Assembly (NCBI GenBank): GCA_002633005.1 | Contig: NMRA01000639.1 | Location: 139,609 to 203,608 of the forward strand | Direction of reading: 5' to 3' | DNA from: Phoronis australis | Taxonomy: Eukaryota; Animalia; Phoronida | DNA length: 64,000 nt | Part shown: positions 22,195-35,902 of the stretch, piece after piece | Layout of the letters: each line of letters begins with the position of its first letter | How positions within the stretch are numbered: the first letter of the stretch is position 1 | Program-made: the position numbers and the translations under genes | Notes under the pieces: model-generated | What the model saw: the letters and a program-made list of their open reading frames with translations, nothing else | Database searches by the model: none | What the model was told of the DNA's origin: nothing

Positions 22195-25100
22195 ATGGCT
22201 ATAGTTCTACCCGTGGCTTGTGCAGCTTTTTACATGCCATCGCCAATCACGGATACTTACAATTATGTGCAGTGGGAACATTCGAGCTCGGAACCAGTCA
22301 GCTGCAGAGAAACAGAGGGTTATCGCAACAGGAAGCTGGTACACGAGACTATAAAATCACACGAAACAATCAGTGACAATAACTCACACCAGACAGCGAC
22401 CACTGGAAACGATCGCGAAAGTAAATCAGAAACAGGCGAGAATATGGGAAATGAAGGCTGCCTGTCAATGCTTGTCTGTGCGGACACGCGCGGAGGCGGG
22501 GAGACGTCGCACGATTCACCCACACCAGATCGTATTGGTAAGAACACTATTGCCAGCATTGTTTACGCTTTCTTTCTGTGTGAACTACGCATTGGATAGA
22601 TTACCCTGTCCTTCGAAATAAAAACTCTCTCTCCATTACACCGGCTATTACACATTTCTTTGACCTCGATCAGTCAGTCAGAGTGCTAGGGTTTCACAAA
22701 CAATTGTTGACATGTGTTTTGTTGGTTTTCTTTTGTTAATAATCCAGACTCGTAATATTAGTTTTCCAACTGTTTCGTTGTTATTGTGTATGGCTATCAT
22801 ATAGGGGTACTACCCAAGTAATTGGGGTCATTAATAACCATTGTGGCTATGGTGGTTAAAGGCGATGAACTCAGACCAGTGGAGATTTGGTGACGAGGAA
22901 ATTATCCGATGTTATCAACAATACGTCATTGGTGCACATAACCCCTGAAATAGCAATAATAACGCCACCTTAGATAACATGACCTGACATTAATGTTGTC
23001 AGAGCCCTTTAAAAAGAGACGTCATGTATATAAACTGGTTATGCTTCGTCACCCCTCGAGCTATGATTTTACTGTCATAGCTCTTCAGAAAAGGTTTAAA
23101 AATCAAAAAAGCTATCATTGATCCAATTGCTACATATTGACTACGAATGTGCGAATTAAGTTATGCACTTAAACTCACATTCACTTGTAACTTATGTTTA
23201 TTTTACCTTGTTTTAGAGTCATTAACTCTGGGCGGTGTCCCTTCAGCCCCTTAAGCACAATGAATGATTATTTAGGGCCAGATTACTTCCCCGTGTTCAC
23301 CGAGTCGTATTGATTGGACCATATGAGTTCATTTACTGCCATATCAGCCGTCGACCTGTTGTCGATTCAGCTTAATCAGCCAGTGTGATGAAGTGTTTAC
23401 ATTGATTCTGCATAATTCACCGGAGGCTACATATGTGTGTTAAATATTTTCTGAAGTGACCAAGACTAGAACGTTACTTCATATGCCAAATGTACTATTA
23501 GTCTCACGGGCGCTTGTTTACAAGTGCAGAACGAAAAGTACAGTTTTGAAAAATCGTCGAAAATGTAAAACACTGCGATGTAGTGGACAAAATAATTAAA
23601 TGGTCTGTCTACTGATTATTGTTAGGAGCATGAATAATGACCATAAAGAGCAGAGCTATCACTGCCTAAAGACCCCTAAAGTTGTTAAATGACATTACTG
23701 TGTCGTGATATCAAAGGATTTTATACGCTTTTGACGAGCCACATTATGACGGTTACCAAGTCATTGGGTCACTGATGGAGTTCATTTTGTCGATGAATTG
23801 CGATAACAGAGCGGCTGAGGGAGAGTGGACTGAAAGGACATCTTTCTTCACCTCTTCAGGGGAACATCCCAGGGGTCCAGGGCGGCTGAGCTCGACCACG
23901 CAAGAGAGAAACACAAAGTGTTCCCTACGTCTTTGGGTTCCCTCTGTCCATAATTCTGTGTCCGCACATGCTTGCTTTCCAGCATGCCTTTCGGTAGCTT
24001 TCTGCGAGGAAACACATAAAACAAATACTTATGTAGAGAAATCCCAAGGGTGATAATACCGAATATACCCCATACCAAGAATGGAGAGGTTAACGGTTTG
24101 TCCACGATTCGCAGAAGGTCAAGAACCGACAAATCGACGAACTGCCAATTGATTACTTACACAACTGTAAACAGCATACTCGAAAACATGACCTATGGTT
24201 ACCTGAGTAACCTGGGGATATATTTATGCTATAAATGATATTCATTAGGAACTTTTATTTCTTCAATATTTCTTTCCTTCAAAATTTTCTCGAAACTTTA
24301 ATTTTTTTCAGTATTTGTTTTTCTTTATATGAAAATTAGCAATGACCAGTGTTCTACCTACAAGCATGCGCTGTGCCATATTTGAAAATTCCCGAGATAT
24401 TTTTAAAAATCTTGTGTCATGTTTGAAAATCAGACTTCTGGTTTTCATTCTATGAATATCTTATTGCATTATCATTACTGCAATTTGTTGTTTTGCTTTA
24501 GAAATGGAAAAGCGGTACCCAGTTATGCTATGTGAGCACGTTACATCTCTTTGTTTCCGTCAGTTAGCCCGAGGGGAGATCTAAGCAAACACCTGCAGTT
24601 GGAGACATGTTTTGATTTTTGCCCAAGAAGTACTCGGAAGCACATACTAAATTACAAAATGATTTAACAGTGACAAACAAACATCAGATAAAGCCTATGC
24701 GTAGTTGCTGGTAAAAAAACGCCTTCGTTTCCACGGACGTGTTACTCAGCAACACGTGTTTTAGAATAGTTGGCTCATTTTCCAGTTATTGGGGAATGTA
24801 ATGGAGTCTGAGATCTTAAACTCACGTTGTTGTTCTACAATTACGAATAAATCGTTTGCTTTGAAAAAGTCATTTTAGTACATTTCAGGCATTCTGAATA
24901 GTATGCTCTCTTAATGAACAGTTCTCGACTTTTCGACGCATTAACCATTTTCTAACGAAAACAAGCCTGGTGTTGTCCTTGGTTTTGCCAGTGGTTAGAA
25001 GAACATATTCAGTCTCATTTGACCTGTTTGCGTTCGTGATAGCTGTATCGGGTCAAGAGAATACTTGTGATTAATCATAATGGTTTTTGTACCGACGCCA

Positions 25101-28100
25101 ATGTTTCAAAGAGACACACATTGAATTTGACACGTATTTAAATGATGCTGTTAGCTAGTTCTTACGATTTACTTGGGGTCGTGTTTTTACTTGTTTTACT
25201 CTTTCGTTTGGGACGAGAACTATTGAATAATTTACACTGTCAGAAGTATTTAACGGGGGAAAGGCAAGGCATTTGCTTTTGACAATGAACAGTTTGGTGT
25301 ACGTGGACCATGTGGTGCCAGCCTAAACCGGTGACACTTCACGAACTTTCTTAGTTCGCTAATATATACCAACCTGGCAATGCATTGTTAGGGTACTGAT
25401 ATGCTGAAATCATTTCTAGTTTGTTGACTTTAAGCGTCTCGCCGGCGGACGGGAGCGAATTGCCTTTCTCCAATCGTGCATGGCATGTTTACGTGCAATT
25501 ACATTGGGAGGGAATTGTTACTTTCATTAATTAGTACTTATTTTTCACTTTGTCTGTTGTTATATGACATGGCGTTTGTAACCTATTTCATCGGGTGAAA
25601 TTAGATATGTTGTTATGTATTCACAACTGATATGTAAAAACGTCTTTCTGAATGGGTGCGTAGGAAGGTCCAACCAGCTTGATACTACAGTATCTTGCCT
25701 GCGGCATATCTGTGGTTGAATTAGAATTTGACAAATTACAGGTAGCACAGCACACATGTCTCCTCTGTACATAGAAACACGACATGACATCCAAATTCAG
25801 TGATAGTTGCTTATAAATTATCCATTGCGCCACGGATGGGCTCTGGTGTGGACCACTGGAAGAGTTTGGAAAGACCTTGTCGATATTAAACCAACTATCA
25901 GCTACGTGTTAAAACTAAACCATATCATATGAACTCATGCCAATATGCAGGTACTTCGCCAAACCTCAGCCAAGACTTCATACCCGGTCGTGTTTTGACT
26001 GCAACCAATTATCTTCAGATCTAGGAACAGATGCTTTACCAGTATTCCTGACTGCGATTGGCGCGACCTTAACTACACGTTCATGATATGACTACGCTGA
26101 TTTTACTTGTGAGAAATCGAGCACTAAGCAGCCAAGTGGCGGGTTTGATCTTAGTTTCGGAATTTTCAGTTGGTGGCAAATTAAACAGCGATTGAGCTGC
26201 ACAATGTCTACGGTAGACCTATTAATGAGGTCTCTTGCATTCGCGTACAGCCCCACCTGTCACGATTGGTTTAACAGATTGCCACTGTTTTTTTTCTATA
26301 GAGAAGCAAAAATGAATTCCTAGAACGGTCCATTTACTACGTCAGCCAACATTAAATGTTATTGCGAAATGTTGCCTCTTGCATATGAATGTAGTAAGAC
26401 TGGATGGCAACTTGGTTGAAAGGGCAATAGGTCAAAGTTGAGGCAAGCAATACCCACAGCTATGTCCATGCCAGATACCGAGATGTTGATTAAAGAGGAC
26501 TTGTCGAATTGAGTTTGTATATTGCGCGTGGTAGTACCTGCCCATACTCGTGATGTCAGAGGCGCATGTACAATGCGCTCGCGTGGGCACGTCTTTGTCC
26601 AATTTCCCGATATCATAGTTCATCTAGCTAGCTTCCTGTGAATGTTTTTATAATTGATGTTATTGCTCTGTCTTGACCCTTCTACATGCTTGCAAAGCCC
26701 CTAAAATGTCATGGCCCCGTCATGGACCAAATTCTTTTTCATAGAATTTAGCGAACTAGTTTTTCTTGCACGTATTAGGCCCGGGAAAAGCACAGTATTT
26801 GAGATTTGAACTGCTATTGTTAAACGCGTGTAGGTCTATTTGTCTTCGCTCTTTTGTGATGATAAATGTCCCCGTTGTGTTTTCTCACTGGCAGGATTAA
26901 TGGGGATGGCCGGCCGCCAACTCAGTGAATATTTTGTCATCTTTGGTCGTTCCCTGTTAGCTTGGAGTAGTATTGAAAACACTGTAACTCGGGTGGTTGT
27001 TTCATGTTTCTGATGAATTTTCAAGTAAATGTTGTGTAGTTTGTGGCAGATTTGATATTCAATTTTGTCGTAACATTGGGCTTTACCTGTAACGAAGTGG
27101 AAATCATGCTACGGCCTTTGGATTACAGGAGTGTCGTTTTACTAATACTGTGCTAAGGCATTGATTAGGGGCATTGCTATCATTTTATATCATCTGGGGC
27201 ACATATTATTTTGGCATTGCGCCCAATATTAGCAGTTGAAAAGCATGAACTTGCCATTCTGAGAGAGACCCCCCAGGGTTTTTCCCCAAGTTTTTTATCT
27301 TGATCATTCATTGCTAGATGTCCTCAAGTTGAGTCATCGCTAACACGCGAGAAATTCGGATATCTTTCACAGTGAAGCGGAAATGACGGTTTCGATCATT
27401 GTGTTTCGTTGTTGAGGAAGCTATGCGTAGTTAATTCTATATTTGTCACTTGGAACTAGGAAGGAAGGGATAAATGTGATAGATAAGTCATGTTAGCAAT
27501 CTGTCTTACACACGTTTTAAGCTAAACATTGGATCATTTGACGTACGCCGTTTTATACGAGCCTGCCTGAAAAACGTTTATTTGCGCAGATGTACACGGG
27601 GAAAAATTATGAACTCAACCCTGCCTCTAACAACTTCCAGGCCATGCCTTATTTATTCATTCATGGATGCACGGAACGAAACTGGTGGCAGGTTGACCTG
27701 TTTTGAAGGGTGAACCGTAAGCGTGTTAACGTTATACCACCATGTTGTACAATGCAGATTTGTTGCTGATGTGCCGACATTTTGAACTCTCAAATATCTG
27801 CTATGTGCGAATTCAGCGTCAATAAACAATACAAGTTAACTGCATGGCGTTGTCAGAAGTAAAATTATCGTTGGACGTTGTCCACTTGAGAATAAAACCT
27901 AGGCCATCTGATGCTCAGATAAAGTGCCTCTACTACTTTTTACTCACAGTCGTCTTACCGGGAAGTTTGGTGATAAATCAATAAAACTAAATTATTAAAG
28001 GCTCGGTTTCAGTTTCCCCCGCAATCGCCCCCTCCAATCTGACAGCCATGAGCATGCGTGGATAATCGTACAATTACATTGTTATTACCAATTTTATTTC

Positions 28101-30500
28101 ATTAGTTCAATATAAGTTTCCATTTAACTTAGTCTCTACTAAAGACTAACATTTAAATATTACGATAACGAGCAAACCCGATTAATCGACTTTCAGTTGG
28201 AAGTATCGTGCCACGTCGCTGCTACTAACGTGACTACGCGTCTATTGCAAACCCACAGATTAATGACATGAAGAGAAATTATCAAAGAAAAATCGATGCT
28301 TAGACAGTTTTATACTTCACTGCGACCCTATGTCGGAGAGTTGTTGCTATATATTGGTCATAGTTTTCTCACGTGGGTAACTGTTACAGGATTATGTAAA
28401 AATTTCAAACCATTTTCTCTCGTAGAAATAGACGTCTCAAGTTCTGGTGTGACTGGACACATATTTTGATGTCAACTGCAATAGATTTATAATTACATAT
28501 TTTGTATCAGGATAACCATATTTGTTTTTTTCTAAACGGAAACCTAGGGACATGCCTGAGTTCGGTGTTCAGTGGGTTGTGGGCAATGACTAATTCGTGT
28601 AATTTGACTCGTGTATGCGATCTCTGCCTAGACTTTTGCGGCCTAACTTTAAGGAAAGGCTTTCAATCTTAAAGACAACTATTGGCGATATCGCAGCGAC
28701 ATCGCAGCGATATTATTCATGTCTTTAACCCATTAAACACGTTAACTCTGGATCAGCACGCCAATCTCAAGTAAGGCAGAGCCGAGGATTCCTGATATGC
28801 CCTATGAAGCATTTGTAAGACTACTATAAAAGTTATCGGTTGAAATAATCGAAAAAATACTAATCAGCTGTCACCTGGAAAACGTAAAATAATAGCCACT
28901 AATTTGGCGTTTCTGGTTCAATAATTCATGAAATAAAAACCCAACGTCATCGACGTCATTAAATAGAAGGCAGAAATTCTATCCTGCGTTGATCCTGATA
29001 ACTGCAAATCTCTCTAAGTGCAAACTCTCACAACAAACAAACAGCCACGAGAAATAGTGGCTTGATATCACCTACAGCACCGAATACATTCATGCTAAGT
29101 TGTCCTCACTTCGTAACTCAAATGCCTGACTGGACAGACATTACGGACTACGTATATAGGGTGCTGGTATGCCGTATTGAAGTGCTGCGAAAACAACTTT
29201 CCGTTGTTACCCCCTTACGTCACCATAAATCCATCAGTGCTGTGAACACTGCGACCAGTGGTCAGTTGTTCACGTGTGTTGCGTTTTGCACTGCGAGTTT
29301 GTTGCGAAAATGGCGAGATCGCTCAAATCTTCGCGATATCTTTGCACGCATTATAAGTCTACGAGATCCCACTAGCTATTTTCGCGCTTGTGTCGCATAT
29401 ACGAGGTGCATCCTTAATTTATTGTGATCCATGCTGTGGATTAGATGCCTGTTCATCCGGTGTTGTGAACCGGGAATGCGACTCCGCTCAGTTGATCAAG
29501 TTATTTTTGGTCCCGTCGCTGGGCATGGATTGTTTGTACACTCTATCACAGTGCTAAATGCAGTATAGGTGGCGCTGTGTCAGAGGGTAGGATTGTTGTT
29601 CCTCCTTGTTGTTGTAACTGTAACAACAATCGCCTCGACACATTCAGTATATTTTATTTCAAAAACAACACTTTGATCTTAACTTGCAAAGTTGCGTGTA
29701 ACAATTATTAAAACTCCTATCTGGGAAGTTGAAATATTTTAACAAAAATTTTGTAAAGTGTGCGAATGGGACTTCTACGCTTTTCAAAACTGAGGCTTTG
29801 AATTTCTTCTGTTCCTATTATTTTTATTCATTTTTGCAAATCTATACATGCTGCCGCGAGTCTCATTAAAGTGGTGCTACAATAACAGAACCATTTCCTT
29901 TTGTTTTCAGAACACCAGTCTACAAAGGTAACGGACGAACCCACGATGCTGAAGCATGTCTCCGTAGTGTCGCATAAACGGAAGTTGGACTTCGAGGAGT
30001 TGCGCATTCCTGACGAGCCACCGCGTAAAATTTCAATGCGCGATAATACTCCGAAACAACGTCGTGACGAAAAGAAACGCATCTTGAGAATGTCGGTGCA
30101 AAAACTGAAACGAATGGACGATCCGGAAGTAGCTTTACACCGTGCTGTGCTTATAAACAATACTGTGAAGAGAATGCAGAGAGAGATCAAAGAAGAGAAA
30201 AGGAAACAGCTGTATGGAGAAAGTGTAGAAAATACCACATTTCCTCGGCGAATCACGCGTGATTGTCAATTCGACAGAGACCTATTGTTTGATAGCCAAA
30301 ACACACCAACCTTACCTTTACATAGTCCCTGGCTAGAGTACAGCGACTACCGCCAGTACGCCGAGCGCCTTGCCGATGATGGATACTCTCTGCCCATTTT
30401 CCCAGGACTTCTCGTTGACACGGAGAAAAGTGACTCTTATAAGTCTCATTCTATAGACTGCACGTTAAATACATTAATAAGTGCATTTTCAGATTCCTAA
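22195..30500 (+). CDS. SERTAD4: SERTA domain-containing protein, SERTAD4-like, 310 aa; join(22195..22537,29911..30500)
   Basis: SERTA core EKKRILRMSVQKLKRMDDPEVALHRAVLINNTVKRMQREI resembles vertebrate SERTAD4 ([36 protein letters not shown]). Phase-1 donor G|GTAAG at 22537 matches the phase-1 acceptor ttttcag at 29910. AATAAA at 30845-30850. Confidence 0.82.
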
Positions 30501-33500
30501 CTTAAAATGGACCTATTTATTTAATAACCCTTTACTTCACGAGATCACGTGATTTCAGGATAGTCCTGCAAATAAGACTTCCATCCAGCTCATGTCTGAC
30601 AATTCACTCGTGGAAGACTATTTGAAGCCGTTTGAATAACGCATCAAATATAATCTCCAGGTTCGGTGTAATGCAATTTTTTGTAGACCCTTGAGCTCCA
30701 AATATCCTCGTGTTGGGCATTGATGTGTGTGTCTATGACACCTCTCGTGGCCGATTCTGGGGACCATCTCACAAAGGGGCGCTGAAGTCATGCATATTTC
30801 ACGAGATCATAATTATTTTGTTGATAATCATAAATTGTGTATTTAATAAATTATGTTTTGGTATGCACTGACTTTAAACACCAGCAACTGCGCACAGGAT
30901 GTTCCATTTAGGAGAATTGAAATGTACGCATGCAGCGGCATTTCGGGGTCAAATTTAAACTAAAATAGAACGACTGCTGGGGAGTAAAGCGATCGTAAAA
31001 ATATCATCTCGTTTCCGTTTTAGGCGACCAGATATTCCAAGAAAATCACAAAATTCACATTCTTTAATAGCCCCTCGTGCAAAAGGGGAACATTTTGAAA
31101 ATAATTCCCGACAGCATTTTGGAGAACAGTGCACACATCATACAGTAGTATATGAAAGTTTCCTATGAATCGGATCCGAAGTTAACCAAATTTGGCTATT
31201 TTTCTAAAGTCTTACATACCTTTAAACTCCATTTGTCCCCTAAAGCCATCAAGACATAAAATCTAGTCCCACAAACGTGCTGAAACAGCGCAAGATTACG
31301 TACACCGCTCACAGATGTGAATATCGGGTTATACAGAGTTCAGGTGAAAAGGATGCTGCAAGGGACTTATACAATATCCGAGGGTTGCTTGGGCAAACGT
31401 TAGACAAGGCTAGGTAGTAAAAAAAAACGTCAGTTACCGATATTTCACCCCACCGTCCACCATCAAATTTTCCGGAGTACCCCCGAAAAACAAAAATCAG
31501 TAAGGAACAGGAAACGTTTTAAATATAACATTTTGTGACAGGACTCATTCGAACGCTTTTAAAACAAATTGAAGGAAAAATTTACATTTCTATTATGTAA
31601 ACGCGTAACATTCTTTTCGTGGTTTAAACTTTGGAAGAACATTTGAGTAGAAATTGGAAAGGTCCAAAATAAATTCGATTTATTCATCGAAAAAGATAGT
31701 TTGGGAAAATGAAATCATTACGTCAAAACTCTTTACAAGGTAAATCTAATGATTTACTTTTACCTAGCTAATCTGTGCAATGAACAATTAACTCACTCAG
31801 CACGAGTGCTAGCGAGAACAATGGCTCCGCGATCTACGCTGATGACATTGATTACGTCTGGCGATGTTTAGTGACAAAGTTAATGTCTTTATTCTCGACC
31901 TGATGAATTATTCAGTAACAAATGAAGAGACGCCATTGTCTAGTCGCATCGGCTGCGGCCTGGTGCAGGCGCGTGCACGTCTTCAAGAGACAAAAGTCAC
32001 AGTTTGCCGACGTGAAAAAATACACCTGTAGCAAAAACTCGCCGGTGACGAGATAAGTGACGTGCGTGTACAGACACTAGTGATTATTACAACAATCTAT
32101 TTACATTAGTTGTACATCAGTTAATTTTTCTTGATGTGAAGCAGGGACACAAAACTGAGACACGATTAGGCAAAAAGCATTAGATTGTTGCGTCTGGTCT
32201 CTACACCGACCCATTTGAGACTCACCGCACCATGATTTCAGCCAAGATCTCATTTTTTTTTCTGAAAAACTGCACAAAGGCACGTAAGCAAGGTTTGAAA
32301 CGACGCGTTTTGCAACGCAAAAAAGTAAAAGATCTTACATAGTTTTTGCACATTTCAGATGGATTTTCGTTTTTGAGAAAGTGAATAGTGCACAGCCGAA
32401 TGGATTTTCAAAAAACACCGAATCAATTATGCTTTTTTGTCCTTAAAAGTTGTGGTCCAAGTCACACAGCGAGGCACTGCGAAAGCCTCAAGCAGATATC
32501 TTCAGTTACTTTTGAACGTCTGTATGCTCCCTGGTAGCAGAAATTACACGGATTTGTCATTTGCATCGACTTCTGCGTCCGCAAACAGGCGAGGCCAGAA
32601 TCCCCGGGCACTATAGTGCACAACGCTAAGCCAGTGAGTCACAAAATGTAATAAACAAATCAGTCAATCGAAGGTTTTTGAAAATCTACACATTTTCAAG
32701 AATGAGTGATTCCAGATATATGTAGGACACAAAAAGTAACCGAAATCGGTGTTCGAATCATAAAATTGGTACACTATATAACTGAGTTTACCCACATCAA
32801 AATTAAATCGACTTCAGCTACTTGACTGATAAGGAAAATAGTCCGCGCTCCATTATCTTCACCCGATTAAACGTGTGCTATAAGCAACACAAAAGATATG
32901 GAAATGAGCTATCTGGACTCGCTGAATAATGAGTCCATCCAAGCGGGTATATAATTCAATACAAAATTGCAAACCATTCTTCGAAATTTTCCGGTACGAA
33001 CGAGGCTAGGACTTAGCAGACATACCAAATACGGGCATTCGCATGTCAAATACGCGATTCGCACGGAAAATTTAAGTGGCTTGTCAAACAGTTAGGGAGT
33101 GGGCGGTTACGAAAGCGGAGGTTAGAATACGCCACCAGAGTGGAAAGAGGGTATTGACACGAGAAGCAAATTAGACGATTTTACAGCAAAAATTGTCTAC
33201 CAGGGGAAAAATGGGTATCGATTTACTTCGTTTTCGTACCTCTACACGTCACATAAGAATAGAAAGATTCCGATTTTCCATCTAAAGCTTACTCTACCTG
33301 TGAGAATGTACATTGTCAAACTGAGAGCACCAAGACAGGTTAAGATTTTGTTGGGCACCAAGAGACGGCTGGAATACTACAGGGTTAGACAGCATTCCAG
33401 ATTTGTAGAGTCTTGTGACCATTCGGGGAGAGGAAAGTTCCAGAAATTTCACAAACTGAACATAACTTTGTCATGAGATTACGTAAGGAAATCACGGAGT

Positions 33501-34045
33501 GGTGAATGTTCGCAATTTTGGATCTGACAGTAGAATCATTTTGAACCTCAGGGTATGTGACCAAAAGGTGAATACGGCTTGATGGAGTGAGGGTCATTGA
33601 AATGAAGATCTTTCTGTATTGCATTCTGTTTAATTACCCCTCAGTTTTCAACTATGTAATATTTAATTGAAGCAACACTTATCTTCAGTAATTCTAATGA
33701 AAATTGATACAAGATAAATTCTCACAAGTCATTTAAATATTGCTTCAATAGACATTCATAAAGAGGTCCTCCTATGAATCTTAAATAATTCAAGCTGGTC
33801 TCCAGGAGGGACTAAAACATTCACTCAATAAACAATTGAAGTACTGAAAAGACTTAATCAAGCGCAAACCTTGTCTAATGTGAATGATGATGGTAATGTC
33901 GATGATGTTAGTGATTAAAGGTTACAGACTAGGTGGTATTCCACAAAGAAAATTGCAACACTGCATTTTCCGTATTTTAAACTTTCCAATCCATTCATTA
34001 ATTTAAAACAATTATTTAGATTTTTAGTAAAACCATTGACTAAGG

Positions 34046-35332
34046 TCAAATAGTTGACTTCTCATCACTGTCATCAAAGTTCATGTGACTTTTTAACCTC
34101 ATTTTAATGGAAGACGGCAAACACAAAGAGTCAGCGCCATCTGATGAGCCAAGGAGACATGAAATGCGATGTACACAGCTATCTTGTAAAGAGTGTACTT
34201 TAAGTGGATGGGTCATTTCCATGTCAATGACCTCCCTATAAAACATTGCTCTCCATTCTCTGTAGTTAAGATACAGGGCATCGATGGACTTGGGTGAGAA
34301 TACAAACGAGGGTTGGGGTGTGCGTGTACCAGTACAGTTCCACATGTTCACGTAAGGATGGTTCAGAGCTTCTTCCACACTATATCGTTCACTGGCGTCA
34401 AGAACAAGCAAGCGCGACAGTAAATCCATTCCGCTATCTTCATTCCACGCGTCTGGATAATTGATGTCAGGAGATGGAAAGCAGTCCTCTGGAAAATTAT
34501 CCTTGAGCACTCCGAATTCGTCATCATCAAAAGAATCAAATACTTCCTTGAACTTCAGTGTTCGACTAAACTTTTTCACGAATGTCTCACCAGGCTTTTC
34601 GCAGATATCAAGCATTTGAGCAAACAGTACTGTTTGGTCTGTATTAATTGAGAATAAATTTGTTCTCAAGAGAAGCTCGCCAAAAAGACAGCCAACAGTC
34701 CAACTGTCAGTTTTGGGATCAAAACAGTAATTACTAAGCAGACACTCGGGAGAATTGTAGGCCGATACTTGTGGTATCAGAGGGTTGGCTATCAGTTTGA
34801 GGGAGACATCGTTGTCATAGCTCTGTACAAAATCCATCAGCACATTCCCACTGTTGAGCGTTCTTAGCACAATGCCATTGGCATGCAAGAATGACAATGC
34901 TGTCAGAATTTGATGCACAATTTGCGACAGCATACGGTGGGACGAAGCCATGTGCATACTGATGGAGATATACTGCAGGCAGCTGTCCATAGACTCGCAG
35001 ATCAAATAAAAGCTGGCAAACTGTGTAAAGCTCTCCTCAACTGTGTAACAATAGAGAAGACGTGCGATATTTGGATGGTTCAAATGTTTACGCAACTGCA
35101 TAAGTTTCCATGTCTGTTTCAACCAACGCACATCCTTAGCAATGGTGTATCGGTGGATAGCGACCTTCCGTCCACTCGTGGTGTCTATGGCGGACACGCC
35201 CACAACGCCATAGTCCAGACTGATAACATGCAGCTTCTTGTATCGCAACGGCACAGAAAAGGGGATACGCCTATCTACGCTAGAGCTGTACCCAGTCAGG
35301 AAGGTCGTATACAAAGTACCACTCTTCTCCAT
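34046..35332 (-). CDS. Intronless JNK (MAPK8/9/10 family)-derived pseudokinase, 428 aa
   Basis: JNK-type segments FSVPLRYKKL, HLNHPNI, FYLICESMD, FP..CFP, DLLSRLLVLDASERYSVEEALNHPYVNMW and EWRAMFYREVID. Catalytic motifs are lost (VAIK to VAIH, HRD to LRT, no DFG, no TPY). First ATG is at 35332, 4 nt after an acceptor-like ttttccag. The track start at 35350 is a TTG in the polypyrimidine tract. Confidence 0.85.
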   Translation of the reverse strand: MEKSGTLYTTFLTGYSSSVDRRIPFSVPLRYKKLHVISLDYGVVGVSAIDTTSGRKVAIHRYTIAKDVRWLKQTWKLMQLRKHLNHPNIARLLYCYTVEESFTQFASFYLICESMDSCLQYISISMHMASSHRMLSQIVHQILTALSFLHANGIVLRTLNSGNVLMDFVQSYDNDVSLKLIANPLIPQVSAYNSPECLLSNYCFDPKTDSWTVGCLFGELLLRTNLFSINTDQTVLFAQMLDICEKPGETFVKKFSRTLKFKEVFDSFDDDEFGVLKDNFPEDCFPSPDINYPDAWNEDSGMDLLSRLLVLDASERYSVEEALNHPYVNMWNCTGTRTPQPSFVFSPKSIDALYLNYREWRAMFYREVIDMEMTHPLKVHSLQDSCVHRISCLLGSSDGADSLCLPSSIKMRLKSHMNFDDSDEKSTI

Positions 35333-35902
35333 TTTTCTGGAAAATTTCAAAATGTAGGATTATGAAAAGGGCAAGTAGCCCCACTTTGACAATAGGTGGC
35401 GGGCCATGCAGGTCATGAATAACCTTTGGTAAATCAATAAATACGATACCAATTAGTTGAACCATCACCAATAAAATTTGTGCGTTTTCTTAGTACTAGA
35501 ATATTAGCTTATCTTTTTATAGCTATTGTGAAATTCATACAGTAAAATTAGAACTGCATGTAGTAATTGATATGTGTGTCCTTTATATAAACTGTTCGAT
35601 CTTTTATTACCAAATAAAAACTCTGTAAAAGGTATAATAATATTTCTCAACCATTCGTGTTTTAACAAACTATGGTAACTCTCCACTTAACTAACATTAT
35701 CATCTTTCTATTTTTCAAAAGCTGATTACTATACTTCAAATTAAGAAAAAATTATCAAACGTTGTTTTACTCAATACAAACTATACTAGCAATAGTCAGA
35801 CTAAAATCTTCTTACTTCTTGTTTTTATGGAGACATTTGACAAAACAGAATTTCACTTGTTGGCCATTTTATATGCTAAACAAAATAAAAAATGTAATGT
35901 AC

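Noticed and set aside
33385-33624. 79-aa ORF or extra terminal exon downstream of the pseudokinase
   Set aside because: No homology recognised and no matching upstream donor found.
34046-35350. Active MAP kinase or a decayed processed pseudogene
   Set aside because: All catalytic motifs are absent, so it is not an active kinase. The frame is fully intact despite extreme divergence, which argues against neutral decay.
34910-35365. 151-aa + strand ORF (similarly 1766-2134, 29828-30256, 62460-62876)
   Set aside because: Antisense shadows of real coding exons, with no recognisable motifs.
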